From NCBI GenBank assembly GCA_018645005.1, contig JABGPJ010000073.1, positions 8,274 through 72,273 of the forward strand: a DNA stretch of 64,000 nucleotides, in the 5' to 3' direction. Of this stretch, positions 1 to 7,490 are shown piece by piece; within the stretch, counting starts at the first letter, position 1, and every line of letters starts with the position of its first letter. The notes under the pieces were generated by a model. That model was not told the origin of the DNA. It ran no database searches and saw only the letters and a list, made by a program, of their open reading frames with translations. The DNA is from Deltaproteobacteria bacterium. Its GTDB lineage: Bacteria > SAR324 > XYD2-FULL-50-16. The position numbers were made by a program, and so were the translations under genes.

Positions 1-1
1 A

Positions 2-2020
2 CAACAGGTCATTGAACAGGCACAGGGGACACTGGGGAGTTTCGTGCCCCAGGCGGGGATTTTTTATGCGAGTGTTGAGTTTGACCACCAATTGATGTTA
101 AAAGAAATCTTTAGATGTTTTCCTGACCTTTCACTGATCGGATGTACAACCGCAGGTGAGTTCTCTTCCAGTTGTGGTTTTAGTGAGGTTTCAGCCAGCC
201 TGATACTGTTTTATTCCGACACCATAGAAATAAAAGCAGGCCTGGGTGAAGCAGTTTCTAAAGATCCTGTGAAAGCAGTCAAAAACGCCGTTCATTCCGC
301 CAGGAAAAATCTTTCTCGGGATGAGAGCCTATGCCTGTTCTTCCCGGATGGTGCGGTGACAGCTTCAACAGAAGTCCTTGACTGCCTTAATCAAACATTG
401 GATCCCAATTGTACGGCTTTTGGCGGCTGTGCCGCCAGGCACGGGTTTTACTCAGCCCCACCCAAACTATTTTATCATGAGCGCGTGTTACAAGACTCCT
501 TTCCCCTTTTGCTGTTCTCCGGTGATTTGAAATACGCATTCAGCGTCAGTAATAGCTGGACTCCGGTGGGTGACAAAAAAAGGGTGATGTCGGCTCACCA
601 GAAAGATGTGGACCGTATCGGTTCTGAGAGTGCTCTTGATTTTTATATGCATTATCTGGGGACTCATAGCAAACCTATACCTGAGTTTCCGCTAGCTGTT
701 TATGAAGAGGGAAAAGATCAGTTTTATATCCGGGTCCCTGTCGGGTATGAGCAGGGCAGCGGTAAAGTTACGTTTGGGGCGTTTGTTCCAAACGGCTCAG
801 ATGTGCAACTGATGGAAGCCACGCCATCTAAGATATTAAGCGAAACGGATCTTTCCATTCAAAGCGCTCTCAAGGGTTTCCCTGATAAAGATCTATCTGT
901 CGCTCTGATATTTTCATGTAATGCACGTAAAAGTATTTTGGGAACAAAGACCCAAAATGAATTGGGATTTTTAATCGATCACCTACCCCCAAATACACCC
1001 ATTGCCGGATTTTATGGATTTGCAGAATTTAGCCCATTGATTGGATCGACAGAATGCCGGCTTCACAATACAACGATGGTCACACTTTTATTGGGGGCCT
1101 CCGATGCACAAAACCAGATATCCCAGAGGCTTAACGCCGCTCCGCAAAAGCCGTTGACCGTCCCGGAGGTTTTTACCAAGGATTCTCTGGATCAGGAAAA
1201 TCTACTCTTAAAAAAGAAAATCTCATCATCAGAATACTATCGCCGGAATTTGGAGAACATCCAGGAAGCTAACGCGGCCTTGTTAAAAACCATTAATGCC
1301 GAAATCCAAGCCGCCCATCAGGAAATTCAATTAAAGAATAAACATCTGGAACAGCTGAATAGAGAACTTGAACAGGAGAAGCAAAAAAGCGATAAACTGC
1401 TACGGAATATTCTGCCGGATCAAATCGCAGACGAGTTGAAAAGCAAAGGGTCGGTTGAACCGGTCTATTATCCGTTTGCATCTGTACTTTTTACGGATAT
1501 AAAGGGATTTACGACCATCGCCAGTCAGTTAACACCCAAACAGCTGATCAAGGAGTTGGATTTTTACTTTTCTGCCTTTGATCGAATTATTGGACATTAT
1601 GGTCTGGAAAAACTAAAGACGATTGGGGATGCCTATATGTGTGCCGGAGGCCTGCCTGTACCGAGGGAAAATCACGTTGTCAATATGGTTCGGGCAGCCT
1701 GGGATATTTGCGATTTTATGGAGAAAACAAAACAGGAACGTCTCACTAAAGGAAAACAAAATTGGGACATCCGGATGGGTATCCACGCCGGCCCGCTGAT
1801 GGCCGGTGTGATTGGTAAAAAGAAGTTTGCCTTCGATATCTGGGGCGATACCGTCAATATCGCGTCACGACTCGAAACCGCTGGCGCTCCCGATAAGATC
1901 AATATTTCAAAAAATGTTTATGAGGTTGTCAAAGGGGATTTCGATTGTGAATATCGAGGCAGAATTGCTATCAAAAACCATGGAGAAATTGATATGTATT
2001 TTGTCGTGGGTAAAAGCTAG
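2..2020 (+). CDS. FIST-domain sensor fused to a class III adenylate cyclase (5' end cut by the window edge)
   Basis: The frame is open from nt 2 with no stop before the GTG at 44, so the gene probably starts upstream of the window. The N-terminal ~350 aa look like FIST_N/FIST_C. A coiled-coil linker (QEIQLKNKHLEQLNRELEQEKQK) follows. The C-terminal cyclase homology domain has FTDIKGFT, KTIGDAYM and FDIWGDTVNIASRLE, and the Lys/Asp specificity pair points to adenylate cyclase. Confidence 0.85.
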   Translation, partial: QQVIEQAQGTLGSFVPQAGIFYASVEFDHQLMLKEIFRCFPDLSLIGCTTAGEFSSSCGFSEVSASLILFYSDTIEIKAGLGEAVSKDPVKAVKNAVHSARKNLSRDESLCLFFPDGAVTASTEVLDCLNQTLDPNCTAFGGCAARHGFYSAPPKLFYHERVLQDSFPLLLFSGDLKYAFSVSNSWTPVGDKKRVMSAHQKDVDRIGSESALDFYMHYLGTHSKPIPEFPLAVYEEGKDQFYIRVPVGYEQGSGKVTFGAFVPNGSDVQLMEATPSKILSETDLSIQSALKGFPDKDLSVALIFSCNARKSILGTKTQNELGFLIDHLPPNTPIAGFYGFAEFSPLIGSTECRLHNTTMVTLLLGASDAQNQISQRLNAAPQKPLTVPEVFTKDSLDQENLLLKKKISSSEYYRRNLENIQEANAALLKTINAEIQAAHQEIQLKNKHLEQLNRELEQEKQKSDKLLRNILPDQIADELKSKGSVEPVYYPFASVLFTDIKGFTTIASQLTPKQLIKELDFYFSAFDRIIGHYGLEKLKTIGDAYMCAGGLPVPRENHVVNMVRAAWDICDFMEKTKQERLTKGKQNWDIRMGIHAGPLMAGVIGKKKFAFDIWGDTVNIASRLETAGAPDKINISKNVYEVVKGDFDCEYRGRIAIKNHGEIDMYFVVGKS

Positions 2021-2028
2021 ATTCTCAA

Positions 2029-2823
2029 CTACGCCAGCAGCATTTTGTCGTCAGCAAGCTCTTCGCCCTGAACCGCGTAAAATTTAGATAGCAGATCATT
2101 GACGGTCAACTTGCTTTTCTCTTCGCCCCGGGCGTCAAAAATAATCTTGCCCTGGTGCAGCATGATCAGCCTGTTGCCAAGTTGAATGGCATGCTTCATT
2201 TGATGGGTGACCATCAGGGTGGTGAGTTTCTTCTGGGTCACGATTTCCTGGGTCAAATCGAGTACCTGCTGGGCTGTTTTCGGGTCGAGGGCCGCAAGAT
2301 GCTCGTCCAGGAGCAGGACTTCCGGTTTGACCAAGGTTGCCATCAGCATTGTCAAAGCTTGTCTTTGCCCTCCTGAAAGCAGCCCCGCCGTATCCAGCAG
2401 GCGGTTTTCCAAGCCGAGGCCCAGTTGCTGCAATTCCTGCTTGAAAAAACTGCGATCCCGGGATTTGACGCCGAAGCCCATTCCGCGCTTCTTGCCTCTT
2501 TTATAGGCCAGGGCCAGGTTTTGCTCAATACTGGCATGGGCACAAGTGCCGAGCAGCGGGTCCTGGAAAACACGGGCAATCAGTTTTGCTCTTTTAAATT
2601 CCGGCCACTGGGTAATGTCCTGATCCCCGATTTCTATCTTTCCGCTTTCGATGGGATAGGTTCCCGCAATGCAGTTTAACAAGCTCGATTTCCCGGCTCC
2701 GTTGGATCCGATGATCGTGATGAAATCACCTTCTTCAACTTTCAGGGTGACATCATCGATAGCCAGGATCTCGTTGGCACTACCCTGATGAAAATATTTG
2801 ATAAGACTGGATAGTGTAATCAT
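2029..2823 (-). CDS. ABC transporter ATP-binding protein (COG1101-like, partner of the two genes upstream)
   Basis: Walker A GSNGAGKSS, signature LSGGQRQ and Walker B LLLDEHLAALD are present. The start overlaps the permease stop by 4 nt. Confidence 0.9.
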   Translation of the reverse strand: MITLSSLIKYFHQGSANEILAIDDVTLKVEEGDFITIIGSNGAGKSSLLNCIAGTYPIESGKIEIGDQDITQWPEFKRAKLIARVFQDPLLGTCAHASIEQNLALAYKRGKKRGMGFGVKSRDRSFFKQELQQLGLGLENRLLDTAGLLSGGQRQALTMLMATLVKPEVLLLDEHLAALDPKTAQQVLDLTQEIVTQKKLTTLMVTHQMKHAIQLGNRLIMLHQGKIIFDARGEEKSKLTVNDLLSKFYAVQGEELADDKMLLA

Positions 2824-3707
2824 ACTTTTTTCAACTTCTTCTTAATTGTGGGCGCAGTTAAGGCAATAATAACCAGCAGGGCTGTGATTAAATTCAGATC
2901 GCTGGGGTTGACCGAAAAACGTCCCATTTCCAGACCGAGGGCCAGTGCGATGGCCATCCGGTAAATAACGGAACCGACCAGGACGGCGATGATCGCCCGG
3001 GGGATTGTTTTGTCACCAAAAACCGTCTCCCCTACAATAACCGATGCCAGCCCGGCGATGATGGTTCCTACGCCCATGTTAACATCAGCTGCTCCCTGGT
3101 TTTGCGCGATCAGTGAGCCCGCCAAAGCAACCAGGGCATTGGATAGACCGACACCCAGGATAATGATGGTATGGGTATTGACCCCTTGAGCTGTAATCAT
3201 CTGGGGGTTATCCCCCGTGGCCAGAAGTGAAAGTCCGATCTCCGTGTATAAAAACCAGATAACCCCCACAACAATCAGGGCGGCAAATGCCACAAAAAAC
3301 ATAGTCGAAGCCAGGTATCCGGGAACCCCAAAGTTGATCAAGGGGTCAAAGACCGTATCCGTGGCCAGCAGGGAGATGTTGGGCCCATCCATGATTCTGA
3401 TGTTGATCGAATATAAAGCGATCATCGTCAGAATGGATGCCAGAAGATGCAGGACTTTTAATTTGGTATTGAGGATAGCAGTTACCATTCCGGCTAAAAA
3501 TCCACCAAAGCCGGCTAACAGCAAAGCTATGAAAGGGTTGATGCCACTTGTTAAAGCTAAAGCGGTGATGGATGCGCCAAGGGGCAGGCTACCATCCACC
3601 GTCAGATCAGGGAAATCGAGAATTCTGAAGGTTAAATAAACCCCGATTGCCATGATCCCGTAGACAAGGCCTTGTTCCAATGCACCAAGTGCTGCATACC
3701 AGGACAT
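2820..3707 (-). CDS. ABC transporter permease (COG4120-like)
   Basis: 295-aa highly hydrophobic multi-TM protein located between the binding protein and the ATPase on the same strand. Confidence 0.85.
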   Translation of the reverse strand: MSWYAALGALEQGLVYGIMAIGVYLTFRILDFPDLTVDGSLPLGASITALALTSGINPFIALLLAGFGGFLAGMVTAILNTKLKVLHLLASILTMIALYSINIRIMDGPNISLLATDTVFDPLINFGVPGYLASTMFFVAFAALIVVGVIWFLYTEIGLSLLATGDNPQMITAQGVNTHTIIILGVGLSNALVALAGSLIAQNQGAADVNMGVGTIIAGLASVIVGETVFGDKTIPRAIIAVLVGSVIYRMAIALALGLEMGRFSVNPSDLNLITALLVIIALTAPTIKKKLKKV

Positions 3708-3734
3708 GTAATTATTTCTTTGCTAATGGTTAAA

Positions 3735-3757
3735 AATGAGCCTCCCTCGCGGTATTG
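3735..3757 (-). terminator. Intercistronic 9-bp GC-rich hairpin between the binding-protein and permease genes (attenuator or mRNA-stabilising stem)
   Basis: CCCTCGCGG-tattg-CCGCGAGGG. On the minus strand it is followed by aggctcaTTTTT. It lies 35 nt after the stop of the binding-protein gene. Confidence 0.45.
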
Positions 3758-3791
3758 CCGCGAGGGCTGGAAGTACTGACGACCGTCATTA

Positions 3792-4754
3792 CTACTTGAT
3801 AACTTTATCGGCTTTTTGAATCAAGGATTGGGGTACGGTCACGCCCATCGCTTTAGCAGCGCTTAAATTTAAATGTAAAAGAAGCTGATCCTGTGTTTCC
3901 ACGGGGGTTGTCGCAGGATTCGCGCCCTCAAGAATCTTTTTGGCCATTACGCCGGTCTGGTATCCATGTTTGTAATAGTCGAATCCCATGGCGGCGACGG
4001 CACCTCTGGGAACCGAAGCCACGTCAGCAGCAAAGATCGGTAACTGGTTTTGCCTGCCGACCTTGACAGCAGATTCAAACGCAGAGACAACGGTATTATC
4101 AGTTGGGATGTACGCGGCTTCTGCTCTGCCCACCAAGCTTTTGGCTGCCTGGTATACTTCACTTGATTTGGATGCAGTGGCTTCTACAACCTGGAAACCC
4201 ATTTCAGAACCTTGCTTCTTGATCATTTTAACCAGTACTTTGGAGTTGGCTTCTCCGGAATTGTAAATGACGCCCAGTTTTTTAAGCTTTGGAAAAAATG
4301 TTCTCAACATCGTCATATGTTTTTTGATGGGCAGCAGATCCGAAACCCCGGTGATATTTTTGCCTGGTTTTTCCCAGCTTTTGACCAATCCGGCTGAAAC
4401 AGGGTCAGTGACTGCGGTAAAAAGCAAGGTCCGCTGCAGGTTCTTGGGGGCTTTTTTTAGCGCCTGTGCACATGCCTGAGCTGTGGGAGTGGCGATTGCC
4501 AGAATCAGGTCCGGCTTTTCGCCTAAAATCTGCTGGGCAATCTGATTGGCTGTCCCCATATTTGCCTGGGCATTATGCACTTTATAGTCAACATCTACGT
4601 TTTGAGCTTTCAAGGAATCCTGAAATCCTTTCAATACAGCATCTAACGCTGGATGTTCAACAAACTGATTGACTGAAATGCGATAGGTTTTGGCTTGAAC
4701 GCTGACAGATAGACACAGACTTAAACCGATCAGTGCGGCAAATAATTTTTTCAT
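3792..4754 (-). CDS. ABC transporter periplasmic substrate-binding protein (COG2984-like)
   Basis: The track ORF runs to 4847, but the ATG at 4754 gives a clean signal peptide, MKKLFAALIGLSLCLSVSVQA. The rest resembles the BMP/uncharacterised-ABC binding-protein family. Confidence 0.85.
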   Translation of the reverse strand: MKKLFAALIGLSLCLSVSVQAKTYRISVNQFVEHPALDAVLKGFQDSLKAQNVDVDYKVHNAQANMGTANQIAQQILGEKPDLILAIATPTAQACAQALKKAPKNLQRTLLFTAVTDPVSAGLVKSWEKPGKNITGVSDLLPIKKHMTMLRTFFPKLKKLGVIYNSGEANSKVLVKMIKKQGSEMGFQVVEATASKSSEVYQAAKSLVGRAEAAYIPTDNTVVSAFESAVKVGRQNQLPIFAADVASVPRGAVAAMGFDYYKHGYQTGVMAKKILEGANPATTPVETQDQLLLHLNLSAAKAMGVTVPQSLIQKADKVIK

Positions 4755-5007
4755 ATAATCCCTTATATTTTGAGTGTTTCTGTTGATAAGAACATACGGA
4801 TTCCAAAAACGGGAGAAGCCCGCAATTTCTTTGGAATCGAAAATCATTGAAAAAAAATCCCCTTGGAAAGCATCTAGATTTTACCAAAAAATGCCTAAAA
4901 GCAACTCTATTTTACTCCAAATTCTGATTCTGATTCATGGAGCGCCTGTTTCATTGTCGCTTTTTTCCATCCGTTGGGATTTGTTATTTCCAATCGATGA
5001 TGATTTA

Positions 5008-5487
5008 TCAGGTTTCTGCTTTTTTGTCAGCCTCAACAAATCGGGTCATGAGGTGATTAAAAAAACGGACACAGGTGCCCTCATAGAGCTTGTCTTCCCG
5101 GAATCTTTCAGGCTCCCCGGGCTTGCTGAAATCGCACTGGATCAGTGTCTGGCAATCCGAATATTTGAAATTGTCTATGAAATCCCGGTATAAGTCATTC
5201 ACCTCTGCGATTGCTTTTTCGCGTTGCGACTTCTCTTCGAGGGGGACACAGCTGAGGCCTTTGCCGTGACGGAGTCCAATGGCGATGCTGCTGCCAATCA
5301 ACAGGCCACAAGTTGTTTTTCCAGTATTGATAGCGCCGGAATAGCCGGCAGATGCCCAGGAATAGCCTTTGCGGTCGGGGTCCCAGATTTCCTGCAGTCC
5401 CTGCAGGGTCGCTTCTGCTCAGGTGCCTTCTTGAAATGTCTTAAAGGCTCTTTTGATCACGTCGGCATAAAATTGATCGTCTCTCAT
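5008..5487 (-). CDS. C_GCAxxG_C_C family protein, candidate selenoprotein (in-frame TGA at 5419-5421 read as Sec)
   Basis: The ATG at 5487 is preceded by GAGGAG 4 nt upstream. The frame is continuous to the stop at 5008 except for one TGA. The product is MRDDQFYADVIKRAFKTFQEGT-U-AEATLQGLQEIWDPDRKGYSWASAGYSGAINTGKTTCGLLIGSSIAIG... The TGA aligns with the first conserved Cys of the family. A hairpin lies 11 nt downstream of the TGA. Confidence 0.7.
5391..5407 (-). promoter_or_regulatory. Bacterial SECIS-like stem-loop
   Basis: The minus-strand RNA is CCUGCAG-GGA-CUGCAGG, a perfect 7-bp stem with a G-rich apical loop. The loop begins 18 nt after the UGA. Confidence 0.55.
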
Positions 5488-5531
5488 ATTGCTCCTCTTA
5501 GTTGAGATTGTGGGTTGTTGAACAATTGAAG

Positions 5532-6119
5532 CTATTTCAGTGTCTGGTAGGAATCGATTGCCAGAATATTGCAACCATCTGAAAAACCGGCTGGTGGAAT
5601 GCCCAAGGCTTGAATAAGCCTGGCCCAGTAGTTGACCTGCGCAATAGTTGTCGCCAGAACGACGATCTCTCTTTCATCAAATGCAATTTTTAGTTTTCTG
5701 ATGAATTGTTCCGAAAAAACAATGGGTGTTTGAGAAATCAAGCGAACATACTCCAGCGCGGTCTTTTCCCTTTCATTCAGCGAGTCCACTTCAGTAAATG
5801 GCTTAATATCTCTCAGTGCCAGAATTTCCTCTTCGGATATGCTCTGCCCCGCATAATCGAGCCCATTCATATCAATACAAAAGGGGCAGGAGACGACAAA
5901 TGATGTTTGCATCCGCACCAGTTTTAATAAACGCTGGGAGATAGTTTTATCCTTGTGAACAACCAGTGCTTCCAGAATACCAGAGCCAAAGGCGGATTTG
6001 GGAACCCATGAGATCAGTCGGGCGGGGAGCATTTTCTTGCCGGTACTTTTTTCTGCAACCCAGATACCCAGCCTTAGTAGCAACGGAATGCGGTGTGGTG
6101 GTTTAATATAGCCGTTCAT
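5532..6119 (-). CDS. Carboxymuconolactone decarboxylase / AhpD-like family protein with a CxxC motif
   Basis: VVSCPFCIDMNGL is a CxxC motif in an AhpD/CMD-like context. The ATG lies 6 nt after the fliQ stop, and GAGGCAGG overlaps that stop, which suggests translational coupling. Confidence 0.8.
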   Translation of the reverse strand: MNGYIKPPHRIPLLLRLGIWVAEKSTGKKMLPARLISWVPKSAFGSGILEALVVHKDKTISQRLLKLVRMQTSFVVSCPFCIDMNGLDYAGQSISEEEILALRDIKPFTEVDSLNEREKTALEYVRLISQTPIVFSEQFIRKLKIAFDEREIVVLATTIAQVNYWARLIQALGIPPAGFSDGCNILAIDSYQTLK

Positions 6120-6125
6120 CCTGCC

Positions 6126-6401
6126 TCAGCCCAGACCGACATAAAATGTAATACTACTGAGTGTCTTTTCCATAAATTGGGCAGCGGTGCTGATGAACCA
6201 GGGTAGGAATAGGATCAGCAGAACCACGACACCCACCATTTTGGGAATTATGGCCAGTGTCATTTCCTGGATCTGGGTTACCGCCTGAAATATAGATACA
6301 GCCAATCCAAGGACCAGCGCTGTGATCAGCAGGGGTGCTGATAGTTTGACCGCAGTGGTGATCGCTTCAGTTGCAAATGAAACAACAAATTCGGGTGTCA
6401 T
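6126..6401 (-). CDS. fliQ: Flagellar/T3SS export apparatus protein FliQ
   Basis: MTPEFVVSFATEAI...APLLITALVLGLAVSIFQAVTQIQEMTLAIIPK aligns closely along its whole length with enterobacterial FliQ. Confidence 0.93.
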   Translation of the reverse strand: MTPEFVVSFATEAITTAVKLSAPLLITALVLGLAVSIFQAVTQIQEMTLAIIPKMVGVVVLLILFLPWFISTAAQFMEKTLSSITFYVGLG

Positions 6402-6492
6402 CTTTTACTCCTACGCTGATATTTAACGCCTTCAGTTGGCGGTGATTGCCGTGGCGACTACTGGTCTATCCGATTTATTTCGGGTTTGTGGC

Positions 6493-6597
6493 TTAGGGAT
6501 CGTACAAAAATAACTTGGCATAATCTGTCCGCAAAAGTCCCGTAAAGATTGGACATTTTGCAGACAAAATGCCAAGTAATTTTTGAGCCGACCCTTA
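6493..6597 (+). repeat. Palindromic MITE/REP-like repeat, copy 1 (in the fliP-fliQ spacer)
   Basis: (tta)GGGATCGTACAAAAATAACTTGGCAT...GGACATTTTGCAGACAAAATGCCAAGTAATTTTTGAGCCGACCC(tta). It is near-identical to 11337-11479 and related to 23790-23894 in inverted orientation. Internal and terminal inverted repeats are present. Confidence 0.8.
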
Positions 6598-7356
6598 ACC
6601 GGTAAAGCTTTTTACCAGTGATGCGGTGATGAGATACCATCCATCGACCAGCACAAACAACATAATTTTAAACGGTAACGATATCATGATAGGCGGCAGC
6701 ATCATCATACCCATCGACATCAGGACCGAAGATACCACCATGTCGATAACCAGAAATGGTATATAGATTATGAACCCCATCTGAAAAGCGGTTTTCAACT
6801 CGCTGATAACAAAAGCCGGTATCACGACATAGAGAGGTACTTCTTTGTAATTTTTAGGTTGTTTTAGTTTGGCAATCCGCAAAAAAAGAGCCAGATCCTT
6901 CGGACGGGTAAAATGACCCATCCACTTTTTTATGGGTTCACCCGCCCTTTCGAAAGCAACTTCCTGTCCGATTTGTTTATCGAAGTAGGGTTTCAGGGCC
7001 TGATCATAAACCTGTGTCCAGGGATCGGCCATGATAAAAAAAGTCAGAAACATGGCGAAACCGAGCAGGACCTGATTGGGTGGTGACTGCTGCGTTCCCA
7101 GAGCGTTGCGGATAAAAGAGAGGACAATGATGATCCGGGTGAATGATGTGGTCATGATTAGAATTGCAGGCGCCAGAGATAATATGGTCAACATCGCGAT
7201 AATTTGCAATGTTGAGGCGACCTGATCCGGGTTGGACGATTGTCCGATTTCCAGATTAAAGCTGGGGATTGGAACTGTTTGCGCAATTGCGCTGGATCCC
7301 ATCAGCAATCCCGGGATCATGAAAAAGACAATTCGAAAAAACATGTTCGATTTCAT
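6595..7356 (-). CDS. fliP: Flagellar/T3SS export apparatus protein FliP
   Basis: Signal peptide followed by LTILSLAPAILIMTTSFTRIIIVLSFIRNALGTQQSPPNQVL and C-terminal DGWYLITASLVKSF, matching canonical FliP. Confidence 0.93.
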   Translation of the reverse strand: MKSNMFFRIVFFMIPGLLMGSSAIAQTVPIPSFNLEIGQSSNPDQVASTLQIIAMLTILSLAPAILIMTTSFTRIIIVLSFIRNALGTQQSPPNQVLLGFAMFLTFFIMADPWTQVYDQALKPYFDKQIGQEVAFERAGEPIKKWMGHFTRPKDLALFLRIAKLKQPKNYKEVPLYVVIPAFVISELKTAFQMGFIIYIPFLVIDMVVSSVLMSMGMMMLPPIMISLPFKIMLFVLVDGWYLITASLVKSFTG

Positions 7357-7490
7357 ATTTCAGCCAGTGACTGAATGTGTAAGGAGCAATTAGCGCAAGC
7401 TTAGGTTAGGATAGTGCTGGTTATAAGACTATCCTGCTTTTCAGTGATTTACAATGGATAAATTGATTATGTCGATTCGGTCTGAAAATT

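Noticed and set aside
6458-6640. 60-aa ORF spanning the fliP-fliQ spacer
   Set aside because: It runs through the palindromic repeat element and into the fliP 3' end, so it is an artefact of the repeat sequence.
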